From assembly GCA_963736945.1 (NCBI GenBank), contig CAVTQW010000009.1, positions 199,201-263,200 on the forward strand: a stretch of DNA of 64,000 nt. The letters run 5' to 3'. Made by a program: the position numbers and the translations under genes. The notes beneath the pieces were generated by a model. That model was not told the origin of the DNA and ran no database searches. It saw only the letters and a list, made by a program, of their open reading frames with translations. Position 1 is the first letter of the stretch. Each line of letters begins with the position of its first letter. This document shows, piece by piece, positions 41,985 through 49,991 of the stretch. This stretch comes from an uncultured Thermoleophilia bacterium (lineage in GTDB: Bacteria > Actinomycetota > Thermoleophilia > Gaiellales > Gaiellaceae).

Positions 41985-42100
41985 GCTCGGCGTCGCCTGG
42001 ACCCGCTCATCTGGCGCCTCTGGCAAGACCGAACCAGCTACGACCCCAACCGCCACCGCAGCCTCAACCAACTCCTCACAACCCAGGGTTGACACAGGAC
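41985..42100 (+). mobile_element. IS110-family 3' end remnant
   Basis: IWRLWQDRTSYDPNRHRSL..QG* followed by ttgacaca. Confidence 0.5.
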
Positions 42101-42103
42101 GTC

Positions 42104-42529
42104 TCATGCGGCCACCTGCGTCGCGGCCTCGGCTCCCTCGATCATGACGCCGGCCACGACCGCGAACGCCTCGCTCCACGCGCGCTCGAACTCCGTGTTC
42201 CACGCGGCGCCTGCGATGTCAGCCATCGAGGCGATCAGCACCTCGCCGACAACGGGGTAGTGCTCGGGCTGTGCCCCGTAGGCGACATGACGAGCGCCGA
42301 GCTCGCGCAGCTTGGGGATGATCGGGTCGAGATTCCGCAGGGATTTGCGGAGGAGGACGAGGGTGCCGAGCAGCATCGTTTTCTGCCGCGTCAGGTCGGT
42401 GCCTTCGAAGAGCGGCTTCACCGCGGGTGCCGAGGCGAAGAGGCGGGCGTAGAACACGTCCATCAGCTCGTCACCCCGGGGGGCGACCAGGTCGAAGCTC
42501 GTCTCGAGCACGTTCAGGTCGAGGCTCAT
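42104..42529 (-). CDS. Single-domain globin (flavohaemoglobin/Vgb-like)
   Basis: FYARLF (TyrB10), PLF (PheCD1), RQK (GlnE7), LGARHVAYG (HisF8), HYPVVG. Confidence 0.9.
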   Translation of the reverse strand: MSLDLNVLETSFDLVAPRGDELMDVFYARLFASAPAVKPLFEGTDLTRQKTMLLGTLVLLRKSLRNLDPIIPKLRELGARHVAYGAQPEHYPVVGEVLIASMADIAGAAWNTEFERAWSEAFAVVAGVMIEGAEAATQVAA

Positions 42530-42609
42530 CGGATCTCCTTGCTCACGTTGACGCGAGGAGTTTCGTCTCTCTCGCTGCTCGTGGACAGAGAGCGATCCGC
42601 CCGAACCGT

Positions 42610-42645
42610 GGCGGTCAGACGCCGGGTTGCTGGCGGATTTCCGCC
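42610..42645 (-). promoter_or_regulatory. Paired GGCGG-N4-CCGCC dyads upstream of the globin
   Basis: ggcggatttccgcc at 42632-42645 and ggcggtcagacgcc at 42610-42623. Confidence 0.55.
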
Positions 42646-42650
42646 GCGCT

Positions 42651-43310
42651 TCAGCGGCCGAGCAACGCGAGGACCGCGAGCACGCGGCGGTTGTCGTCCT
42701 CCGTGTCGGACAGGCCGAGCTTCTGGAAGATCGCCTGCACGTGGCGCTCCAGCGCCCGTGAGCTGAGGTAGAGCTCCTTCGCGATCGCCCGGTTCGAGCG
42801 ACCCTCTGCGATCAGCCCGAGAACAGCGCGCTCGCGGTCGGTGAGGTCGTCGAGCGACGAGCGTCGGTGACCGTCGACGAGGCTCTTGACGACCTCGGGA
42901 TCGAACGCGGTGCCACCATTGGCGACCCGTTCGACCGCCTCGATGAAGTCCGAGACGTCACGGACGCGTTCCTTGAGCAGGTATCCGACACCCGAGGCAT
43001 CGTCCCCGATGAGCTCGAGCATGTACGCCGGCTCGAGATGCTGCGAGAGGACGAGAACGGCAACCGTCGGCTGCTTGCGGCGGATCTCGGCGGCGGCGAC
43101 GAGTCCGTCGTCGGCGTTCCCGGGCGGCATGCGCACGTCGACGATCGCGATGTCCGGCGTGTCCGAGCGGACCTTCCGGAGGAGCTCGTCTGCGCTCCCG
43201 GCCCGGCCGACGATCTCGTGCCCGGCGTCCTCGAGCAGCGATGCGATGCCCTCGCGCAGGAGCGCGTTGTCGTCGGCGACCACGATGCGCAGTTGTCGGG
43301 CGTCTGTCAC
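42651..43310 (-). CDS. NarL/LuxR-family response regulator
   Basis: VVADD, VDVRMPP, GYLLK, LTDRERAVLGLIAEGRSNRAIA. Confidence 0.92.
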   Translation of the reverse strand: MTDARQLRIVVADDNALLREGIASLLEDAGHEIVGRAGSADELLRKVRSDTPDIAIVDVRMPPGNADDGLVAAAEIRRKQPTVAVLVLSQHLEPAYMLELIGDDASGVGYLLKERVRDVSDFIEAVERVANGGTAFDPEVVKSLVDGHRRSSLDDLTDRERAVLGLIAEGRSNRAIAKELYLSSRALERHVQAIFQKLGLSDTEDDNRRVLAVLALLGR

Positions 43311-43361
43311 GTCTCTCCGATCGAGATGGAGAAATCCAGTCGCGTAGCATTCATAGTCGGT

Positions 43362-44898
43362 ATGGAGACGGGGGACACGGGTGCACGCTTCGCCGACGTG
43401 GGTGATCTCCAGGCGGTGGAGCACGCCGTCGCCCGGATCCTGGCCGAAACGGATCGGCCTGTCGAGGCGTATGCGTCCGTTCTCGAGGCAATCGGAGGCT
43501 CGCTTGGGTGGGAGCTCGGCGCCGTCTGGGAGCTCGGGCCGGAAGATGAGCGACTGCGCTGCCTCCGCACCTGGCACCTACGCGACGGCGCCCGGGAGTT
43601 CGAGTCGCTGAGCGAGCGCATCGCGCTCGCTCGGGGTGAGGGGCTCCCAGGCCGCGTCCTCGAGGCGGGCGAGCCGGTCTGGCTGGTCGACGCACCCGAG
43701 GACGGCAACTTCCCACGGGCCGCGGTCGCGCGTCGCGACGGCCTGCATGCCGCATTCGGCTTCCCACTGTTGAGCGCACGAGGAGTGGTCGGTGTGATGG
43801 AGTTCTTCTCGCGCGAGTTGCGTGAGCCTGACGAGCGCCTGCTCGAGACGATGCGTGAGCTGGGAAGCCAGGTGGGTCAGTTCGTGGCGCGGCGTCAGGC
43901 GGAGGACGCGGTGCGCAGGAGCGAGTCACGCCTTCGCGCGATGCTCGAGGCCGCCCTCGACGGGGTCGTCAGCATGGACGCGAGCGGCCGTGTGATCGGC
44001 TGGAATCATGCGGCCGAGACGAGCGTTCGGGTATCGCGAGGACGAGGTGATGGGACGCGAGATGGCGGAACTCATCGTTCCACCGGCTCTGCGTGCGGCG
44101 CACCGAAGCGGGCTCGCGCGCTTTCTCGAGACCGAGCATCCCGTCATCCTCGACAGGCGGCTCGAGCTGACCGGCATGCACAAGAATGGGACCGAATTCC
44201 CGGTCGAGCTGACGATCACGAGGATCGTCCTTCCGGGCGCCCCGACCTTCACGGGCTACCTGCGAGACATCAGCGACCGCAAGCAGGCGGAAGTCGAGCT
44301 GCGCGCATCCCGGGCTCGCCTCGTCGAGGTCGCCGACGCGGAGCGACGCCGGATCCAGCGAAACCTCCACGACGGCGCGCAGCAGCGGCTCACCGCTGTG
44401 CTCCTCACCCTCGGCCGTCTGCGGGAGTCGCTGGCCGAGGGCAACGACCGGCTCGATATCGCGATCGAAGAGGTTTCCGCCGGGTTGCAGGAGATCCGCG
44501 AGCTCGCGGGCGGCCTGCATCCGTCTGTCCTCGCGGAGCGCGGGCTCGAGGCGGCTCTGAACGCGATCGTACTCCGGGCCCCGTATCCCGTCGAGCTCCG
44601 CACGAAGCTCACCGACCAACTGCCGGAGCAGGTCGAGGCCGCAGCCTACTACGTCGTTGCGGAAGGTCTGGCCAACGTTCAGAAGCACGCCGGCAGAAGC
44701 CAGGTCGTCGTCGACGCCAGAGCGGAGAGCGGAGCGCTGCTCGTCGAGGTCCGCGACGACGGCGTCGGCGGTGCGGACGAGGAAGGCACCGGGCTGCGCG
44801 GGCTCGCGGATCGGGTGGAGGCATTCGGGGGCCGGCTTACGCTGACGAGCCCGGCCGGGGGCGGAACGCGCCTCCTGGCCGAGATTCCTTTGGCATAG
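43362..44898 (+). CDS. GAF-PAS sensor histidine kinase, HisKA_3 type (frameshift near 44025)
   Basis: GAF GEGLPGRV; PAS WNHAAE..FPVELTI; RNLHDGAQQRL; EGLANVQKHA; DDGVGG; no TM. Confidence 0.88.
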
Positions 44899-44924
44899 CG
44901 CCGCTAGGCCCTCCGGTGCGCCCT

Positions 44925-44961
44925 GGCGGGAAACCGCCGGATCTTGCGGCCGGAAACCGTC
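44925..44961 (+). promoter_or_regulatory. Paired GGCGG-N4-CCGCC dyads upstream of the PKD gene
   Basis: ggcgggaaaccgcc at 44925-44938 and ggccggaaaccgtc at 44948-44961. Confidence 0.55.
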
Positions 44962-45076
44962 GGCGATCGGCGTGCGCACCCCCTGGTGGGCTCGGGTGGT
45001 GCGGAGGCATCGTGTTGCCTTGTTCCCAGGCCCCGGCACCGGTGGCCTTCAAGCGAGGCGAAAGGACTATCCCAAG

Positions 45077-46840
45077 ATGTCGTTTTGGAAGACATTCCAA
45101 CAGCAGGACTCGAGCACCCGGCTTAGTCGGCGGCGCGGCCGCCGCAGCGGCCAGGCGCTTGTTGCCGTATGCCTGACGGTTCTCGCGGCGATCCTTCTCG
45201 CGGGCCCGGCGGCAGCCGCTCCCGCGACCAACACGCAGGTGGTCAAGGTGACCAGCAACGAGGCTGAGCTTGGCGGCTTTCAGCTCGAAGCGCCGATCGT
45301 GATCCCCGATCCGCTGCCGATCGTGCTCACCAATCTCACTGTGAAGGCGAAGGCGAAGTGGAGTGGCGAGCTTACGACCAACGTGGGCTGGGACAGCGAC
45401 AAGGTTCGGCAGGGAGCCGACCTTGCGGTGACCCGTGCAGCTCCGATCACCAACGGCAAGCTCGCCGTCACGTGGGAGCTCTTCGGGGAGATCGACAGCA
45501 TCGACTTCGGCCCATTGACCCTCGACACGGACAACGTGTCGTGCGACGTGAAACTCTCCGGCGGCGGATTCGACTGCGAGGCGGACTCGCCGGGCATTCC
45601 GCTGCCCGGGGCGCTCCCCTCGCCGATCCCCGGCACGTTCATCTTCGCCAAGCTCGGTATCGGCGTGAAGTTCAGCGTGACGCCTGAGGGCGCCGTCGTC
45701 ACGCGCGGTCTCTCGATCGGCGGCAACCAGGTCGGTAGCGTGGACGACCTCCCGCTCACGCCATCGGTGCAGACCGACAGCTTCCAGGTGCCGTGCGGGG
45801 CGAAAGCCGGTGACCAGGTCGACTACAAGCTCGACCCGTTCCACTGGACGCCGGCGACGGTCGCGAAGGAGCAGGTTGAAGTCCGGATCGTCAATACCCT
45901 CGACGTGTTCGGGCTGATCGACATGTTCGACTACAAGGCGATCGGCGTTGGCTCGGAGATCGTCTCGAATCCGAACTTCGACCTCACGAGCGGTGGCTTC
46001 ATCACCTCGATGGGACCGCTCCAGGCGAACAACGTCTCGCCGACGATTGCCCCACTCGGCCAGTTCTCCGGCACGGAGGGCGCCACGGTCGGATTCTCGG
46101 CGTCAGTGAGCTCGAAGTGCCCGATCGCTTCCTACGTGTGGGAGTTCTCGAACGGCACGAAGTCGTACGGGCCCTCCCCGCAGCGCGCGTTCGGCGACAA
46201 CGGCGTCTACGACGGCCAGCTGACGGCGACCGACGTCACCGGTCTCTCGGCCACACAGAGCTTCACGGTCTCGGTGGCAAACGCGAAGCCGTCGGTCAAC
46301 GCCGGCCCTGACACGACGAGCGACTGGGGGAGGCTCGTGCAGTTCAACGGCCAGGCCACCGACCCCGGCTCGAACGACCAGGGTACGCTGCAGTACACGT
46401 GGAGCTTCGGTGACGGTTCGCCGAGCGCTACGGGCGGCCCCAGCGTGGGACACGCGTACGCATCCCCGGGCGACTACAACGCGACGCTCGAGGTCTGCGA
46501 CAAGGACAGCGCCTGCAGCACCGACAACCGGCTCGTCCACGTGACCAAGCGGGACACGACGCTCGGCTACACCGGTGTGCTCTCGTCGGTTCCCTCGAAG
46601 ACGGTCGCGCTGACGGCCAACCTCATCGACGAGTACGCCCAGCCCGTCAGCGGCAAGCAGGTCACGTTCGTCCTCGGTGCCCAGACGGCAACCGGCACGA
46701 GCGATGCAAGCGGGCACGTTGTCGTCAACATGAAGCTCACGCAGAAGTCGGGGTCGTACCCCTTGAGCGCGACCTTCCCGAGCGGCGACGCGAAGTACGA
46801 CACATCGTCCGATGCGCGGACTTTCGTGATCGGCAAGTAA
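45077..46840 (+). CDS. Secreted protein with PKD/Ig-like domains
   Basis: Signal peptide; YVWEFSNG, YTWSFGDG..HAYASPGDYNATLEV. Confidence 0.8.
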   Translation: MSFWKTFQQQDSSTRLSRRRGRRSGQALVAVCLTVLAAILLAGPAAAAPATNTQVVKVTSNEAELGGFQLEAPIVIPDPLPIVLTNLTVKAKAKWSGELTTNVGWDSDKVRQGADLAVTRAAPITNGKLAVTWELFGEIDSIDFGPLTLDTDNVSCDVKLSGGGFDCEADSPGIPLPGALPSPIPGTFIFAKLGIGVKFSVTPEGAVVTRGLSIGGNQVGSVDDLPLTPSVQTDSFQVPCGAKAGDQVDYKLDPFHWTPATVAKEQVEVRIVNTLDVFGLIDMFDYKAIGVGSEIVSNPNFDLTSGGFITSMGPLQANNVSPTIAPLGQFSGTEGATVGFSASVSSKCPIASYVWEFSNGTKSYGPSPQRAFGDNGVYDGQLTATDVTGLSATQSFTVSVANAKPSVNAGPDTTSDWGRLVQFNGQATDPGSNDQGTLQYTWSFGDGSPSATGGPSVGHAYASPGDYNATLEVCDKDSACSTDNRLVHVTKRDTTLGYTGVLSSVPSKTVALTANLIDEYAQPVSGKQVTFVLGAQTATGTSDASGHVVVNMKLTQKSGSYPLSATFPSGDAKYDTSSDARTFVIGK

Positions 46841-46858
46841 CGGCGATCGAATTGCCGC

Positions 46859-46897
46859 ATACGCCGGGGCGAGCCCTTCTGAGCCGCCCCGGCGTAT
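46859..46897 (+). terminator. Stem-loop terminator
   Basis: atacgccggggcg / cgccccggcgtat. Confidence 0.7.
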
Positions 46898-47302
46898 CGC
46901 TGCGATCCCCTCGCCAACCCCGTGGATCGCCGCGCGCCTCGTAGCTCCGCCGTGCCAACACAGTGCGCGACGTGGAAGCAGACCGCTCGACGTTCACACG
47001 AAAGCCTGATGTAAGCCTGTCAGACTCCCCCGACCTCCAGCCTTCGAAGGGTGCCGGCGCCGGCTTCCTCTCGCCCGAACAGCGACCGCCGGCTTCGATG
47101 ATCGGCGTTCGCACGCCTCGTGCCTCGTACCCGATCCTTTCCACCCAAGAAACCGAGGCGCGGTCTTGGCCGAAACGCGGCGGGTCAGGTTCCGATCAGG
47201 TCACACACACCAGCCCCGACGCAGCGTGACCGACGCGCGTTCACAAAAACCGCCGGAACGAGCCAATGCGACCTCCCCCGACCTCCGCTGACCATCGTCG
47301 TC

Positions 47303-47328
47303 CCGGCCTGTCACGCCTGAGGTCGCGG
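47303..47328 (+). other. tRNA-Asp(GTC) anticodon-arm fragment
   Basis: ccggcctgtcacgcctgaggtcgcgg, nearly identical to the 61631 fragment. Confidence 0.5.
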
Positions 47329-47964
47329 TAAATGTTCGCTATCTCCCGCATTGTGTCCGGTGGCTCGGAACCCGCGGGCCACGGTGGTGAGCGCTTGCTG
47401 CCAGGTGCGCTCCTCGTCGCCCGCCGGGAGGATGCGAAGAATCGTGCCGCGTAGCTCGGCGTTCGCTAGCCCCTCCAGCATCGCGTTGAACTCAACGGCT
47501 GCGTCTGGCACCGTCTTCTCCCCGAGGAGATCCGCCTCTGCGAGCCGCTCGACCTTCCCCAGCAGGCCGGCGAGGGCCCGCTCGCGCGCCTTGACGACCT
47601 CAGGTCCGGCCGGGAAGTTCGGTGCGATGCGCTGAAACGCGATCCGATAGAGGGCCGGGTGCTCGAGAACGAGTGAGCGAAAGACAGGCACTCCAACGGC
47701 TATGAGGTCGGCAACCGCATCGTCGGTCTCGGGCAGCTCTGCGATCCCGTCGGCGAGGAACTCGAATGCGCTCTGCGCGAGTGCGTCGGCGAGCAGGCCC
47801 TCTTTGGACCCGAACAGGCTGTAGACGGCGCGCGTCGTGGTGCCGACCTCGCGGGCGACGGCGCGAACGGAGAATGCGCCGATCCCGGACTCGGCGACGA
47901 TTCTCTCCGTCGCCGCTCGGAGGGCCGCGCGCGTTTCCTCGTCGTGCTCCTTGGGCCGGCCCAC
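47311..47964 (-). CDS. TetR-family regulator
   Basis: FSVRAVAREVGTTTRAVYSLFGSKEGL. Confidence 0.9.
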   Translation of the reverse strand: MGRPKEHDEETRAALRAATERIVAESGIGAFSVRAVAREVGTTTRAVYSLFGSKEGLLADALAQSAFEFLADGIAELPETDDAVADLIAVGVPVFRSLVLEHPALYRIAFQRIAPNFPAGPEVVKARERALAGLLGKVERLAEADLLGEKTVPDAAVEFNAMLEGLANAELRGTILRILPAGDEERTWQQALTTVARGFRATGHNAGDSEHLPRPQA

Positions 47965-48027
47965 CTTGACATCGTACCGCGACGTGTTACGTTACGTGTT
48001 TCGTTACACGTGCCGAAAGGAGACGAA

Positions 48028-48865
48028 ATGAGCGCCGCGAGGATTTCGACAGACTCGTCAGAGCGACTGTCGCCGTCGTTCGAGAGCTACCAAGGGCCGG
48101 CCCCACGCAATTACGAGCGCTACTTCGTCCCTGCCGTGGCCGCTCCACTCGCGATCGATCTCGTCGCTGCCGCATCGCTGACTCCCGGCGAGAAAGTGCT
48201 CGACCTCGCCTGCGGTACCGGCGCCGTCGCCAGGGTTGCGGCCGAGCGTTTGGGCACAGCGACGGTCGAGGCGGCAGACGTCGAACCCCGCCATGATCGA
48301 GGTCGCGCGTTCGCTCGCAGCACATCCCCCGATCAGTTGGCATCAGGCAAGCGCCGAGGCACTGCCGTTCGCGGACGCCGCCTACGACGCCGTCCTCTGC
48401 CAGATGGGCCTCCAGTTCTTCTCGGACAAGCTGCTCGCCCTCAGCGAGGCCCGCCGCGTCCTGCGCGCTCGCGGACGCTTCCTCGCCACTGTCCCCTCGC
48501 CCACTCCTTCCCTCTTCACGATCCTCGCCGAGCAACTCGAACACCACCGGCTGCACAGCGCCGCCGAGTTCGTGCGCCAGGTGTTCTCGCTCGGTAGCGA
48601 AGAACTCGAGGAGCTACTCGACCGGGCCGGCTTCGCGGACATCTCCGTCACCACCAGCGAGAAGGCCCTCAGACTCCCCGCACCCCATGACTTCCTCTGG
48701 CAGTACGTCACAAGCACGCCACTCGGCGCAGTCTTCGCCGACCTCGACGAGACAGAGCGACATGACTTCGCGCGCGCGGTCGTGGACGATTGGCGCTCGC
48801 TCGTGCAGCGCGGATCGCTCGCTCTCGACCTGCCCCTCGTCCTGGCGGCAGCGGTCGCTCCCTAG
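48028..48865 (+). CDS. Class I SAM-dependent methyltransferase (frameshift near 48290)
   Basis: VLDLACGTG; AEALPFADAAYDAVLCQMGLQFF. Confidence 0.85.
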
Positions 48866-48889
48866 CGAAGCCTCAGCGGGCACGGACCG

Positions 48890-49327
48890 ATGATCCGGAT
48901 CGAGCACGAGCACTACTTCGCGACTCCAGTCGAAGCTGGCTTCGCTTTCATAACGGACATGGCCAACTGGCCCCGGTACTGGCCCGGCTTCGTCCGGATC
49001 GAGCCCGGTTCGCGGTGGAGCAGCCCAGGCGACGAGACCCGCATCGTCGTTCGGCTACTTGGACGGAACATCGAGCTTCGAATGACTCTGCGCCACTTCG
49101 AAGAGAACCGACTCGTCGAGTACGAGAGCACCCAGAGCGGGATGCCCGAAGCGCATCACGAGCGACACTTCGTCGCGGCCAACGGCGGTTTCCGCTACCG
49201 CCTCGTGGTCGAGTACGAGCCGAGATCCGGGCTCCGAGGCCTCTACGACCGCCTTCCCCTGCGGCGCGGCGTCGAGCGCGCACTTCGTCAGACGGCCGCA
49301 AACATCGACGCCGCGTTGGCAACCTGA
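48890..49327 (+). CDS. SRPBCC family protein
   Basis: ATPVEAGFAFITDMANWPRYWPG START-like pattern. Confidence 0.75.
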   Translation: MIRIEHEHYFATPVEAGFAFITDMANWPRYWPGFVRIEPGSRWSSPGDETRIVVRLLGRNIELRMTLRHFEENRLVEYESTQSGMPEAHHERHFVAANGGFRYRLVVEYEPRSGLRGLYDRLPLRRGVERALRQTAANIDAALAT

Positions 49328-49401
49328 CGGCAACCGGGCCGACCGTCCTCGACTGGAGCCAGTCATTGCCCCCGCTCATCGGGGACAAAGAACACCTGTA
49401 G

Positions 49402-49839
49402 TCACCCGGGCCGATTCCGGGGAGCGCATCGAGCTGCTCGAGCGTCGCGCTGGCAAAGCTCACCTTCGCGCCGGCGGCCGCCGCCCCACCGGCCGCGGCA
49501 CCACCGCCGCCCGCGCCGGGAGGAGCGCAAGCCGGCACCACGATCTGCTGGCCGTCGGCGACGGGGGCCGCCAGGTTGAGGAGCGTGAGGTCGGCGTGAG
49601 CGTTCGGCCCGCCGACACGCTCGAGGGCGTCGTCGACCGCGCTCGCTCCGACAGCCGGACGAGCCCGGCGCGCCGCACCGCGCCGACGACGTAGACGACG
49701 AGCCGGGGCGCGAGGCCCCCGCTCGCCGAGGCTCCCGTGAGAGCGCCGCTGCCTGCGGCGCAGGAGACCGGGGCCGTTCCGGCGGCCTCATGGCGATCCC
49801 GCCAAGCTTGCCGTGGCGATCGAACGAGACGTCGCTCAC
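49402..49839 (-). pseudogene. comEA: Degraded ComEA-like gene (SLBB + HhH)
   Basis: LVVYVVGAVRR, LNLAAPVADGQQIVVP, ATLEQLDALPGIGP; frameshifted and truncated. Confidence 0.7.
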
Positions 49840-49991
49840 ACCACCCCCGTCGGTCCCCGGCCGAGGAGGCCGGCGCGGCCTAGAGGCGGGCGCCGGTGGT
49901 TCCTTTCGCTCCGGTCGAGGCGGTCTGAGTGACGCTTCGGCGGGTCATAGCGGTGGTTGTTCTGGTTTCGGCTGCGTTCTAGTCTGCTGCC

